IMG/VR virus record: IMGVR_UViG_3300030330_003356
Location: 20,988 to 84,987 of that record
Source of the DNA: a virus
Taxonomy: Duplodnaviria > Caudoviricetes
Strand: one strand, 5' to 3'
Length of the DNA stretch: 64,000 bases
Positions 10,120 to 18,884 of the stretch are shown piece after piece (the stretch's first letter is position 1; the number at the start of each line of letters is the position of its first letter). The notes beneath the pieces are model-generated. The model saw nothing but the letters and a program-made list of their open reading frames with translations, was not told where the DNA came from and did no database searches. The position numbers were made by a program, and so were the translations under genes.

Positions 10120-10535
10120 GTTTCGATAGTCTGAATGAAGCATTTGACGTATCGAGTGAGATCGTCTCTAGTGAACCTGAGCAGGTAAAACCTGTTCAGA
10201 AAGAGGTTGATGCAATTAAAACTGATACAAGAAAAGATTACGAATACACAAGAGGTAATCTTTATTCACTGATTGAAAAGGGACAAGAAGCAGTCAACGG
10301 TATACTTGAACTCGCACAGGAAACAGAGCAAGCAAGAGCATATGAGGTTGCAGGACAATTAATTAAGAGCGTTGCTGATGCAACTGACAAACTTCTTGAT
10401 TTACAGAAGAAACTAAAAGACGTTGAAGAGGAGTCACAATCTAAAGGCCCCACAAATGTCACAAACGCACTTTTTGTTGGTTCTACAGCAGATCTCGCTA
10501 AACTTTTAAAGCAGAATAAACAGCAAGATAAATAA
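10116..10535 (+). CDS. gp16: Terminase small subunit gp16
   Basis: DYEYTRGNLYSLIEKGQEA, RAYEVAGQLIK, NALFVGSTADL; position before gp17. Confidence 0.9.
   Translation: MSFDSLNEAFDVSSEIVSSEPEQVKPVQKEVDAIKTDTRKDYEYTRGNLYSLIEKGQEAVNGILELAQETEQARAYEVAGQLIKSVADATDKLLDLQKKLKDVEEESQSKGPTNVTNALFVGSTADLAKLLKQNKQQDK
10528..10534 (+). promoter_or_regulatory. Late promoter (ATAAATA)
   Basis: TAAATA core at the gp16 stop, upstream of the 1258-aa ORF. Confidence 0.55.
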
Positions 10536-10577
10536 ACTATAGGGTGAGAAAACCCGAGGTTATTTACTTATATTTTA

Positions 10578-13500
10578 ATGGCGCAGGCTGAAGATAAAAA
10601 CTTGCCGTCTTTGGACGATTATATTATTGAAGATGAATTTCCTTCAGTCGAAGAAGCGGTTGATAATGATTTGCCGTCTATAGAAGATAATAAAGAAAGC
10701 AATTTACCATCAATTGAAGAAGAAGTTGAAGCAGAACTTCCCTCAGTTGAAGAATTTGTAGAAAAAGAAGAAGAAGAGTTAGTCGAAGAAGTCATAGTAG
10801 AAGAAGACTTAACTCTTGACGAAGTAAAAGAACTAATTGAAGAAGTCAAGGCAGAAATACTTGACATTCCTCAAATCAAGCATTTTGACGAAGTTTTAGA
10901 AAAACTTTGTGAAGCAGTAGATCAAGTAAAATCAGAAATTCCTGAGGTTCCAGAACCAAAGGTATATGATGATGAAATCGAAGCAATTTGTGATGCCATT
11001 GATTCTGTAAAGGAAAATATTTCTTCTCTACCAGAAGTCAAGTATTATGATGAGCAAGTTCAAAATATTGAAGACAGAATAGATTCTGTTATTCAGGAAG
11101 TTACAAATCTTCCAGAACCAAAATATTACGATACAGATCTTGACTCGATAAAAGAGGACATCACTAAGGTAAGAGAAGAACTTGCTCCACTCCCTTGGGT
11201 TGAAAATACATTTTCGGGTATTGAAGAAAATTTTGAAAAAGTATCAGATGTAATCGATACATTAAAAGAAAAGTTAAATTTTAACTTTGACGAATATTCT
11301 GATTCTATAGATGTCAAGTTCTTTGAGAGTAAAGTTGAAACTCAAGGAATCAAAGAAGAGTTTGAATCTGAGAAAGAGAAAATATGGGATGAACTCAAAA
11401 AGTCCTCTGTCAAAATTTTTGAATATCAAAAAACATTCAAAGATGATGATAGAAAGTTAAAGAAACAAATTCTTGGTGAATATAATAAACTCAAGAATAA
11501 TATTAAAAAGGAACTTGAAGAAGCGACTGACAAGAGTATAAAAACTGATGAACTTCTTCTTGGATATTTTACTGAACTTAAAGGAGAGATATCAAATCTT
11601 CCAGAAGTAAAATATTATGATGAAGAAATTGATGAACTTCAAAAATTAGTCAGTAAGTTCAATAAAAGATTTTCTCCGGTAGAAGGAGATATTAAATCTC
11701 TCTATAGAATTGTAGAGGATATTAAAAAAACACAGATTGAACTTAATGAGCAGATTCTGGATGAGCCTGCCGATGTAAGTCAAGATGTAGGTGGTGGTAA
11801 AGATCCATTGACACCCACAGATCAAAAGTTTGCAACGCTTGATGATCTTTCCAAACATTACACACTTTTTGTAAATCGTATTCAGCAACAACTCTCTACT
11901 GTTGGCGGAGGCGGTGCAGGATTTATCAAAGATCTTTCAGACGTTGATATTTCTGAATTAGCAGATGGATATATTCTTCAATATAACGCATCAGAAAATA
12001 AGTGGGAAACAGTTGCCAACACTGGAGGTGGATCAGTTGGTGTTGCGACAGCCGCTGCTTCTCTTGTACTTGATGCTAGAAATAATAATATTGGATATGG
12101 ATTAACCATAGGTACACCAGTATATCAGACTGGATATAATAGTGGACAAAATAGAATTAATATTGAAGAAGCAAGAGCATCTCAGTCTTCAACAATGCCA
12201 GCAAAAGGTGTTGTCCGTACTGATCTTGCAAATAATACTAATGGCACCATAATTGTATATGGTGAGTTAGAGGGAGTTGACACCAGAGATTTTGAAGTTG
12301 CGGATGAACTATATGTAGCTCCTGGTGGTGGACTTACAAATGTTCGTCCTACGGATCCAACACATCTGGTTCAGAAGATTGCTGTTGTTCTGAAGAAGTC
12401 AAATAACGGCGCGATACTTGTTTATGGTGCTGGAAGAACTAATGATGTACCCAACAATATTAGTATTGCTGGATCAGTAACCGCTGCATCTTTCCACGGT
12501 GATGGATCTGGATTAACTAATGTAGGATTTGACACAAACTTTATTGTAGGAACTGCCATCACAATGGTTGATGGTATATTCAGTGGAAATTTATCTGTTG
12601 GTGGCACACTTACATATCAAGATGTAGAACATATTGATTCTGTTGGTATTATCACCGCACAGCAGGGTGTTCAGATTCTTAATAATGGACTGAACATAGT
12701 TAGTGGTATTGCAACTGTTGTAGGAACTTCTGGTACAACAACGATAGGTGGTGTAGGAAATACGGCGTTATACGTTGATGGTAACGCCCGAGTCGTTGGT
12801 GTCCTAACAGTTGGTAGAGCATCTGTCACGATTGATGGTGATAATAATCAAGTTTCTGTTGGTATTGTTACCATTACCAATACGAGCGTAGTTATTGGTG
12901 ATAATGTTACTATTGACACAGGTGCATCTGGTATCAACTCTGCACCCAATGTTTTATACGTTGCGAAAGATGGAGATGATGATAATAATGGAACATCTAT
13001 TGATAATGCATTCCTAACGATCAAAGCTGCTGTAGGTGCCGCTCAGTCTGGAACAACAGTTAAGGTGTTGTCAGGTAATTATGTTGAGGATAATCCAATT
13101 GAACTTCCTGCCTTTAGTGCTGTAGTAGGTGATGACTTAAGAACTTGCAAAATTCTTCCTAATAATGCAACTTCTGACATATTCCATGTTAACAAAGGAT
13201 GTAAGTTGCAAAATATGACTTTCTCTGGACATTTATCACCTGCTGCTGCTGTTGCATTCCCAGATAGTGGTGCAACTAATGTTGGTGGTGGTAAATGGAA
13301 AGGCCCATACGTCCAAAACTGCACAAGTGATACTACAACTGGAACTGGCATCAGAATTGATGGAAGTAAAGCGGTAAAAACAAAGTCAATGAATGTTGAC
13401 GCTTTTACTCAATATAATCAAGGTGGTGTTGGTGTCGCTGTAACTAATGAGGGTTATGCACAACTAGTATCTGTATTTACTATTTGCTGCGATAAAGCAA

Positions 13501-14354
13501 TTACTTGTCATGCTGGTGGACAAGCAGATGTTGCCAATAGTAATTGTAGTTTTGGTACACTTGGTTTAGTCGCTGATGGAAAGGGCGATCTTCAATATAT
13601 TGGTACTTGTACTGCCGCTGCTGATGCTGCTCAAGACAATGTTACTATCAATGTTGGTGCAGCAACCACACGTCCATATGATGGACAGATTGTATTCTTT
13701 GGCGAACTGTTTGAGTCTGTAGAAACTATTACAGTTGGTTCTGGAGGAACAGGATATACATCTACTCCTACAGTTACAGTAGATGCTCCAACAGGAGCTA
13801 GTGGAGAAACCGCTACTGCTTTTGCAACTTTAGAAGGAGAGAGTGTTGCATCTATTACTATTATAAGTAGCGGATCGCAATATCAAACAACACCTACTGT
13901 AACTATCAGTGCTCCTGATGTGGGCGTAAATACCGCAACTGCCACTGTTACGATGGCACCGATTTACTATACAATAAATAGTTCAACACCAATAGTATCT
14001 GGAATAACTACATTAACTCTTGAAGAAAACTTAATCAATGCAGTTGGTGTAGGAACATCGGTTCATTTCTTCCAACAAAGCAAGATTGTTGCTAGTTCAC
14101 ATACTTTTGAATATATCGGTGCTGGAAACACGATTACGGAAGCAACTCCAAAGCGTGGTGGCGTTACTATTCAGGCAAATGAAGTTACCAAAACAAACGG
14201 AGGTAATGTTGTTTATACCAGCACTGATCAATCTGGTAACTTCAGAATAGGTGATGACTTACAAATTAACCAGAACACTGGTACAATTAGTGGTAGAGCA
14301 TTCTCTAAGAGTTTGTTCTCAGAAATGACACCGTTTATTTTAGCATTGAGTTAA
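10578..14354 (+). CDS. 1258-aa protein: acidic repeat/coiled-coil N-half fused to a fibre-like, beta-helix C-half
   Basis: LPS[IV]EE and P[EQ][VP]KYYD repeats, then a GGGG hinge, then PNVLYVAKDGDDDNNGTSIDNAFLTIKAA, typical of the start of a right-handed beta-helix. Confidence 0.7.
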   Translation: MAQAEDKNLPSLDDYIIEDEFPSVEEAVDNDLPSIEDNKESNLPSIEEEVEAELPSVEEFVEKEEEELVEEVIVEEDLTLDEVKELIEEVKAEILDIPQIKHFDEVLEKLCEAVDQVKSEIPEVPEPKVYDDEIEAICDAIDSVKENISSLPEVKYYDEQVQNIEDRIDSVIQEVTNLPEPKYYDTDLDSIKEDITKVREELAPLPWVENTFSGIEENFEKVSDVIDTLKEKLNFNFDEYSDSIDVKFFESKVETQGIKEEFESEKEKIWDELKKSSVKIFEYQKTFKDDDRKLKKQILGEYNKLKNNIKKELEEATDKSIKTDELLLGYFTELKGEISNLPEVKYYDEEIDELQKLVSKFNKRFSPVEGDIKSLYRIVEDIKKTQIELNEQILDEPADVSQDVGGGKDPLTPTDQKFATLDDLSKHYTLFVNRIQQQLSTVGGGGAGFIKDLSDVDISELADGYILQYNASENKWETVANTGGGSVGVATAAASLVLDARNNNIGYGLTIGTPVYQTGYNSGQNRINIEEARASQSSTMPAKGVVRTDLANNTNGTIIVYGELEGVDTRDFEVADELYVAPGGGLTNVRPTDPTHLVQKIAVVLKKSNNGAILVYGAGRTNDVPNNISIAGSVTAASFHGDGSGLTNVGFDTNFIVGTAITMVDGIFSGNLSVGGTLTYQDVEHIDSVGIITAQQGVQILNNGLNIVSGIATVVGTSGTTTIGGVGNTALYVDGNARVVGVLTVGRASVTIDGDNNQVSVGIVTITNTSVVIGDNVTIDTGASGINSAPNVLYVAKDGDDDNNGTSIDNAFLTIKAAVGAAQSGTTVKVLSGNYVEDNPIELPAFSAVVGDDLRTCKILPNNATSDIFHVNKGCKLQNMTFSGHLSPAAAVAFPDSGATNVGGGKWKGPYVQNCTSDTTTGTGIRIDGSKAVKTKSMNVDAFTQYNQGGVGVAVTNEGYAQLVSVFTICCDKAITCHAGGQADVANSNCSFGTLGLVADGKGDLQYIGTCTAAADAAQDNVTINVGAATTRPYDGQIVFFGELFESVETITVGSGGTGYTSTPTVTVDAPTGASGETATAFATLEGESVASITIISSGSQYQTTPTVTISAPDVGVNTATATVTMAPIYYTINSSTPIVSGITTLTLEENLINAVGVGTSVHFFQQSKIVASSHTFEYIGAGNTITEATPKRGGVTIQANEVTKTNGGNVVYTSTDQSGNFRIGDDLQINQNTGTISGRAFSKSLFSEMTPFILALS

Positions 14355-14355
14355 G

Positions 14356-14688
14356 ATGGCACAATTAGCACTTAATAGATTCCAAACAGTAACACTTGAA
14401 CTAACTGACTCAGAGCAGACAATGTACACTGCTCCGACTGGTTATACTGCCATTCTTCTGTATGCTCATGTTGCAAATGTTGGTTCGTCTGATGCAACAG
14501 TTACAATGAAACATGCGAGATCTGGAACAGACACTGAGATTATCAAAGAAGCCAACGTTCCTACTAATGATGCATTCGTTCCACTAAGTGGAAAATTAGT
14601 TTTAGAAACTAGTGATGCGGTAAAGGTTACTGCAAGTGCAAACTCAACCCTTAAGTGTATCCTTAGTATCTTGGAGACAGCGACGTAA
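14356..14688 (+). CDS. Hypothetical beta-rich protein, probably virion-associated, 110 aa
   Basis: MYTAPTGYTAILLYAHVANVG...PLSGKLVLETSDAVKV; tight packing with neighbours. Confidence 0.65.
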   Translation: MAQLALNRFQTVTLELTDSEQTMYTAPTGYTAILLYAHVANVGSSDATVTMKHARSGTDTEIIKEANVPTNDAFVPLSGKLVLETSDAVKVTASANSTLKCILSILETAT

Positions 14689-15053
14689 TGCCATATATCG
14701 TAGGTTCATTAACAAAAACTAATTTAAATATGACTGGTGGTGTTGTTCAGTCGGGAGTGACGACAACCACCACTACAGATGAGACTGCGATTATTTCTTT
14801 ATCAGCACCGAAATATCAATCTGTTGAATTTAAGATACAAGTAACTGAATCTAGTTCTTATAATTCGACAATCGTAAGAGCGATGCATGATGGAACATCT
14901 GCATATGTTACTGAATATGGAACATTACAAGTTCCCTCAGGAATTGCAACATTTTCTGCAGATGTAAATGCTGGACAGTTGAGACTTTTAGCATATCCCA
15001 CAACTTCTGGTTTGACAACTTTTAGCGTGATTTACACTGCATTAAATTCATAA
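14688..15053 (+). CDS. Hypothetical beta-rich protein, probably virion-associated, 121 aa
   Basis: YQSVEFKIQV...HDGTSAYVTEYG...FSADVNAGQLRLLAYP; start overlaps the upstream stop. Confidence 0.65.
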   Translation: MPYIVGSLTKTNLNMTGGVVQSGVTTTTTTDETAIISLSAPKYQSVEFKIQVTESSSYNSTIVRAMHDGTSAYVTEYGTLQVPSGIATFSADVNAGQLRLLAYPTTSGLTTFSVIYTALNS

Positions 15054-15056
15054 ATA
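15049..15056 (+). promoter_or_regulatory. Late promoter (CATAAATA) upstream of the 611-aa modular protein
   Basis: TAAATA core overlapping the upstream stop codon. Confidence 0.6.
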
Positions 15057-15077
15057 TATTGAGACTACTAGTTTCTT

Positions 15078-16913
15078 ATGAAAAAGTGTCCATCAGGACA
15101 GTATTACTGTTTCACTGATAAAAAATGTAAGAAGATTCCCATGGGATACCATGTGGGTGGAAGAGGTATGCTTGAAAAGGACACCGAATCTGAAACCAAT
15201 AAAAATGGTAACGGTAATGGAAACGGTAATGGCAATGGAAATGGTAATGGTGGCAACGGCGGCAGTGGCAACGGTAATGGTGGTAATGGCGGGGGTGTGG
15301 GAGAAGAAGTAGTCTACGAGGGTGGAAACCTTCGTCAATGGTTCAAGGGTTCTCGCTCTAAAGGCGGTAAACCCGGATGGGTTCAAGTCGTATCAGGAAA
15401 ACCCTGTGCTAGACAACCCGGACAAAAAACCACACCTAAGTGTGTATCATCAGCAAAAAGAGCTTCGATGTCAGACGCTGAAAGAAAGTCTGCACAAAGA
15501 AGAAAAAGAGCAGCAGATCCAGGACAACCACAAAAATCTGGAGCTGCAAAACCAACCTATGTAAAAACTGATAGTCCTAGAAAGATGAAGAAAGAGGAGA
15601 TCGAACTGATTCAAGAAAAGGACAAAAAAGGTAAGGGCAGCGGAACTAAAGATGCCTGTTACCATAAAGTAAAATCTCGTTACAGTGTTTGGCCTAGTGC
15701 ATATGCGTCAGGAGCACTAGTCAAATGTCGTAAGGTAGGCGCTGCAAACTGGGGTAATAAGTCTGAAGGACTTTCCTGGGGCGAACTTACTGAAAAATTT
15801 AAAACACAATATGGTGACAAAACCAAATTGTCACAATCATCAGAACGTAAATCTCTTGGTAGAGGTTCCTCTATCAAAGATGGATCTAAGAAGAGTGGTT
15901 ACGAATCTAAGAAAGAGTTTCGTGATCAGTCTATGAAACTCAGAAAGCATCGCGAAAGATTTGGTGATCTCGCTAAAGAAGAGACATCACTCGATGAGAA
16001 GTGCTGGCCTGGGTATGAAAAGAAGGGTATGAAGACTATGTTTGGAAAGAGATATCCAAACTGTGTCAAAAAGAAAAAAACCAGAAAAGAGTCGGTTGAA
16101 GAAGCAGTAAGACTTCCCGCCAAAACTGGTAACATAATTGATGTGCATTTTGTCTTCAGAAGCAGAAGCTTTATGATCAAAATGTTTTTCCCTAAAGTTG
16201 GCATACCCAGCAGATCTGATGTAAGTGATCAAATTAACAAAGTTTATCCTGGCGCAAAACTAACGTTTTTCAGAGTCTCAGACTATGAACCAGGACAACC
16301 ACTCTTCAGAGTCACAGAAGAAAGAGCAGGAGATCAAGCAGTTGAGGAAACTACTAGATCTAACGCAACAGCATCAGGAAAAATCCTTAAGGATGCCGAG
16401 GGGACATTAACCGAAAAAAAGTATAAGAATGATCCCTGCTGGGATTCTCATAAGATGGAAGGGATGAAAAAAAAGGGAAACAAAATGGTTCCTAACTGCG
16501 TTCCTAGAAATGAAGAAGTTGATGTAAATGAGGCAACTATGGAGAAACCTCTTTCCGCTCAAGAGATTGCTCTTCAAAAGAAAAAGATGCAAATTGATAT
16601 GCAGATTCTTAAAAAAAGAAAACAGTCAATGAGTGATATTAAGAATGAAGAAGTAATTCTTGAAAAATCTGCTGCTTGGACAAGAAAAGCAGGAAAGAAC
16701 AAAGAGGGTGGACTCAACGAAAAAGGACGTAAGTCTTATGAAAGAGAGAATCCAGGTTCTGATCTCAAAGCACCTTCTAAGAAAGTCGGTAACAAAAGAA
16801 GAGCATCATTCTGTGCAAGAATGAAAGGAATGAAGAAGAAACTTACTTCTGCCAAAACTGCTAATGATCCCGATAGCAGAATCAATAAATCATTAAGAGC
16901 CTGGAACTGTTGA
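15078..16913 (+). CDS. 611-aa modular basic protein (candidate protease-processed head polyprotein)
   Basis: Lys/Arg-rich modules separated by EE-x(n)-[LIV]-x-E linkers; lies under a late promoter just before gp17. Confidence 0.75.
   Translation: MKKCPSGQYYCFTDKKCKKIPMGYHVGGRGMLEKDTESETNKNGNGNGNGNGNGNGNGGNGGSGNGNGGNGGGVGEEVVYEGGNLRQWFKGSRSKGGKPGWVQVVSGKPCARQPGQKTTPKCVSSAKRASMSDAERKSAQRRKRAADPGQPQKSGAAKPTYVKTDSPRKMKKEEIELIQEKDKKGKGSGTKDACYHKVKSRYSVWPSAYASGALVKCRKVGAANWGNKSEGLSWGELTEKFKTQYGDKTKLSQSSERKSLGRGSSIKDGSKKSGYESKKEFRDQSMKLRKHRERFGDLAKEETSLDEKCWPGYEKKGMKTMFGKRYPNCVKKKKTRKESVEEAVRLPAKTGNIIDVHFVFRSRSFMIKMFFPKVGIPSRSDVSDQINKVYPGAKLTFFRVSDYEPGQPLFRVTEERAGDQAVEETTRSNATASGKILKDAEGTLTEKKYKNDPCWDSHKMEGMKKKGNKMVPNCVPRNEEVDVNEATMEKPLSAQEIALQKKKMQIDMQILKKRKQSMSDIKNEEVILEKSAAWTRKAGKNKEGGLNEKGRKSYERENPGSDLKAPSKKVGNKRRASFCARMKGMKKKLTSAKTANDPDSRINKSLRAWNC
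15204..15296 (+). repeat. Asn-Gly low-complexity coding repeat
   Basis: AATGGT/AACGGT/AATGGA/AATGGC units encoding (NG)n and GGN; codons vary synonymously. Confidence 0.9.
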
Positions 16914-16919
16914 TAACTT

Positions 16920-18578
16920 ATGTCTGATAATGTATATCTTGGCAATCCTAATCTAAAAAAAGCGAATACCCCGATTGAGTTCACTGAAGAACAGATTATT
17001 GAATTTGTTCAGTGTCAACGGGATCCGGTTTATTTTGCCAATAAGTATGTAAAGATTGTTAGTTTGGATGAAGGACTTGTTCCATTCAAACCATATCGAT
17101 TTCAGGAAAAGTTAATTACTAATTTCCATGAAAATAGATTTAACATCTGCAAAATGCCGCGCCAGACTGGCAAGTCTACTACGGTGGTTTCTTATCTTCT
17201 GCATTATGCGGTTTTTAATGACAGCGTTAATATTGGCATACTTGCTAACAAAGCAGCAACAGCTAGGGAACTTTTAGGAAGATTACAAACTGCATACGAG
17301 AACTTGCCTAAGTGGATGCAGCAGGGTATTATTGCATGGAATAAGGGTTCGCTGGAGTTAGAGAATGGCAGTAAGATATTGGCAGCTTCTACGTCTGCGA
17401 GTGCTGTCCGAGGTATGTCATTTAACATCCTCTTTCTCGACGAATTCGCGTTCGTCCCAAATCACATTGCTGACTCGTTCTTTGCCTCTGTTTATCCTAC
17501 TATTACTTCTGGTAAAAACACCAAGGTAATTATTGTATCTACCCCTCACGGTATGAATCACTTCTACCGTATGTGGAGTGATGCAGAGAAGAGTAAGAAT
17601 GAATATATTCCAACTGATGTTCACTGGAGTGAAGTTCCAGGTAGAGATGAAGCGTGGAAAGAACAAACTATTGCAAACACATCGGAACAGCAGTTCAAGA
17701 TTGAGTTTGAGTGTGAGTTCTTAGGATCTATTGACACACTTATTGCTGCTAGTAAATTAAAATCTCTGGTTTACGATCACCCCATACAATCAAATGCAGG
17801 GTTAGAAGTATATGAACAACCAGTAAAAGATCACGATTATGTGATTACAGTTGACGTTGCAAGAGGTGTGGGAGAAGACTATTCAGCATTCGTATGCGTT
17901 GATATCACATCTTTCCCTCACAAGGTTGTTGCCAAATATAGAAACAATGACATTAAACCGATGTTGTTTCCAAATGTTATATGGGAAGTAGCGAAAAACT
18001 ATAATAGCGCATATGTATTGTGTGAAGTTAATGACGTTGGCGATCAAGTAGCTTCACTTCTTCATTATGACTTAGAGTATCAGAACGTTTTGATGTGCTC
18101 TATGAGAGGTAGAGCAGGACAAGTTGTAGGACAAGGATTCTCTGGTAAGAAGACTCAATTAGGCGTGAAGATGTCTAAGACAGTCAAGAAGGTTGGAGCA
18201 CTCAATCTGAAAACAATGATTGAAGAAGATAAACTCCTTTTTAAAGATCTAGATATTATATCAGAACTGACTACATTCATCTCAAAGAATAATTCATTTG
18301 AGGCTGAAGATGGTTGTCACGATGACTTGGCAATGTGTCTTGTCATTTATGCTTGGTTAGTTGCTCAGGATTACTTTAAAGAACTTACTGATCAAGACAT
18401 CAGGAAGAGACTTTACGAAGAGCAGAAAAATCAAATTGAACAAGACATGGCACCATTTGGTTTTATGGACGATGGACTTGATGATGCAAGTTTTGTCGAT
18501 GGTGAAGGTGATCGTTGGTTTGGTGCATCTGAATACGGCGAAACTGCTGGTGGTATGGATTACATGTGGAAGTATTAA
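16920..18578 (+). CDS. gp17: Terminase large subunit gp17
   Basis: Walker A KMPRQTGKST, Walker B ILFLDEFAF, IIVSTPHG, nuclease motifs TVDVARG and HDDLAM. Confidence 0.97.
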   Translation: MSDNVYLGNPNLKKANTPIEFTEEQIIEFVQCQRDPVYFANKYVKIVSLDEGLVPFKPYRFQEKLITNFHENRFNICKMPRQTGKSTTVVSYLLHYAVFNDSVNIGILANKAATARELLGRLQTAYENLPKWMQQGIIAWNKGSLELENGSKILAASTSASAVRGMSFNILFLDEFAFVPNHIADSFFASVYPTITSGKNTKVIIVSTPHGMNHFYRMWSDAEKSKNEYIPTDVHWSEVPGRDEAWKEQTIANTSEQQFKIEFECEFLGSIDTLIAASKLKSLVYDHPIQSNAGLEVYEQPVKDHDYVITVDVARGVGEDYSAFVCVDITSFPHKVVAKYRNNDIKPMLFPNVIWEVAKNYNSAYVLCEVNDVGDQVASLLHYDLEYQNVLMCSMRGRAGQVVGQGFSGKKTQLGVKMSKTVKKVGALNLKTMIEEDKLLFKDLDIISELTTFISKNNSFEAEDGCHDDLAMCLVIYAWLVAQDYFKELTDQDIRKRLYEEQKNQIEQDMAPFGFMDDGLDDASFVDGEGDRWFGASEYGETAGGMDYMWKY

Positions 18579-18808
18579 TGGATTTAGATAAGCAGATAAA
18601 ACTGGGGCATCTGCTTCTTAATGATAGAAAGTGTAGGGTGTGTGGAGAGACTAAAAATTTAATAGAAGGATTTTATAGAACAAGAAAAGATAGAGGTGCA
18701 GTTGCGTCATCATATTCATACGAATGTAAAGAATGCACTATCAAAAGAATTATAGATAATAGAAAGAAACAAACACCATTCTTGGATTGGGACTATCCAG
18801 ATTGGTAG
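18578..18808 (+). CDS. Small zinc-ribbon protein (CxxC...CxxC), 76 aa
   Basis: KCRVCGETK...YECKECT; the ATG at 18578 overlaps the gp17 stop and is preferred over the track start at 18566. Confidence 0.7.
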   Translation: MDLDKQIKLGHLLLNDRKCRVCGETKNLIEGFYRTRKDRGAVASSYSYECKECTIKRIIDNRKKQTPFLDWDYPDW

Positions 18809-18845
18809 TTCGCGTCACGTTTCCCCGCTGAAAATAGTCAAAATT

Positions 18846-18852
18846 CTAAATA
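18846..18852 (+). promoter_or_regulatory. Late promoter (CTAAATA) upstream of gp18
   Basis: TAAATA core in the intergenic region, followed by a GGAG ribosome-binding site. Confidence 0.6.
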
Positions 18853-18884
18853 TTCTTAGATAAACTGAGACAACGGAGAAAAAC

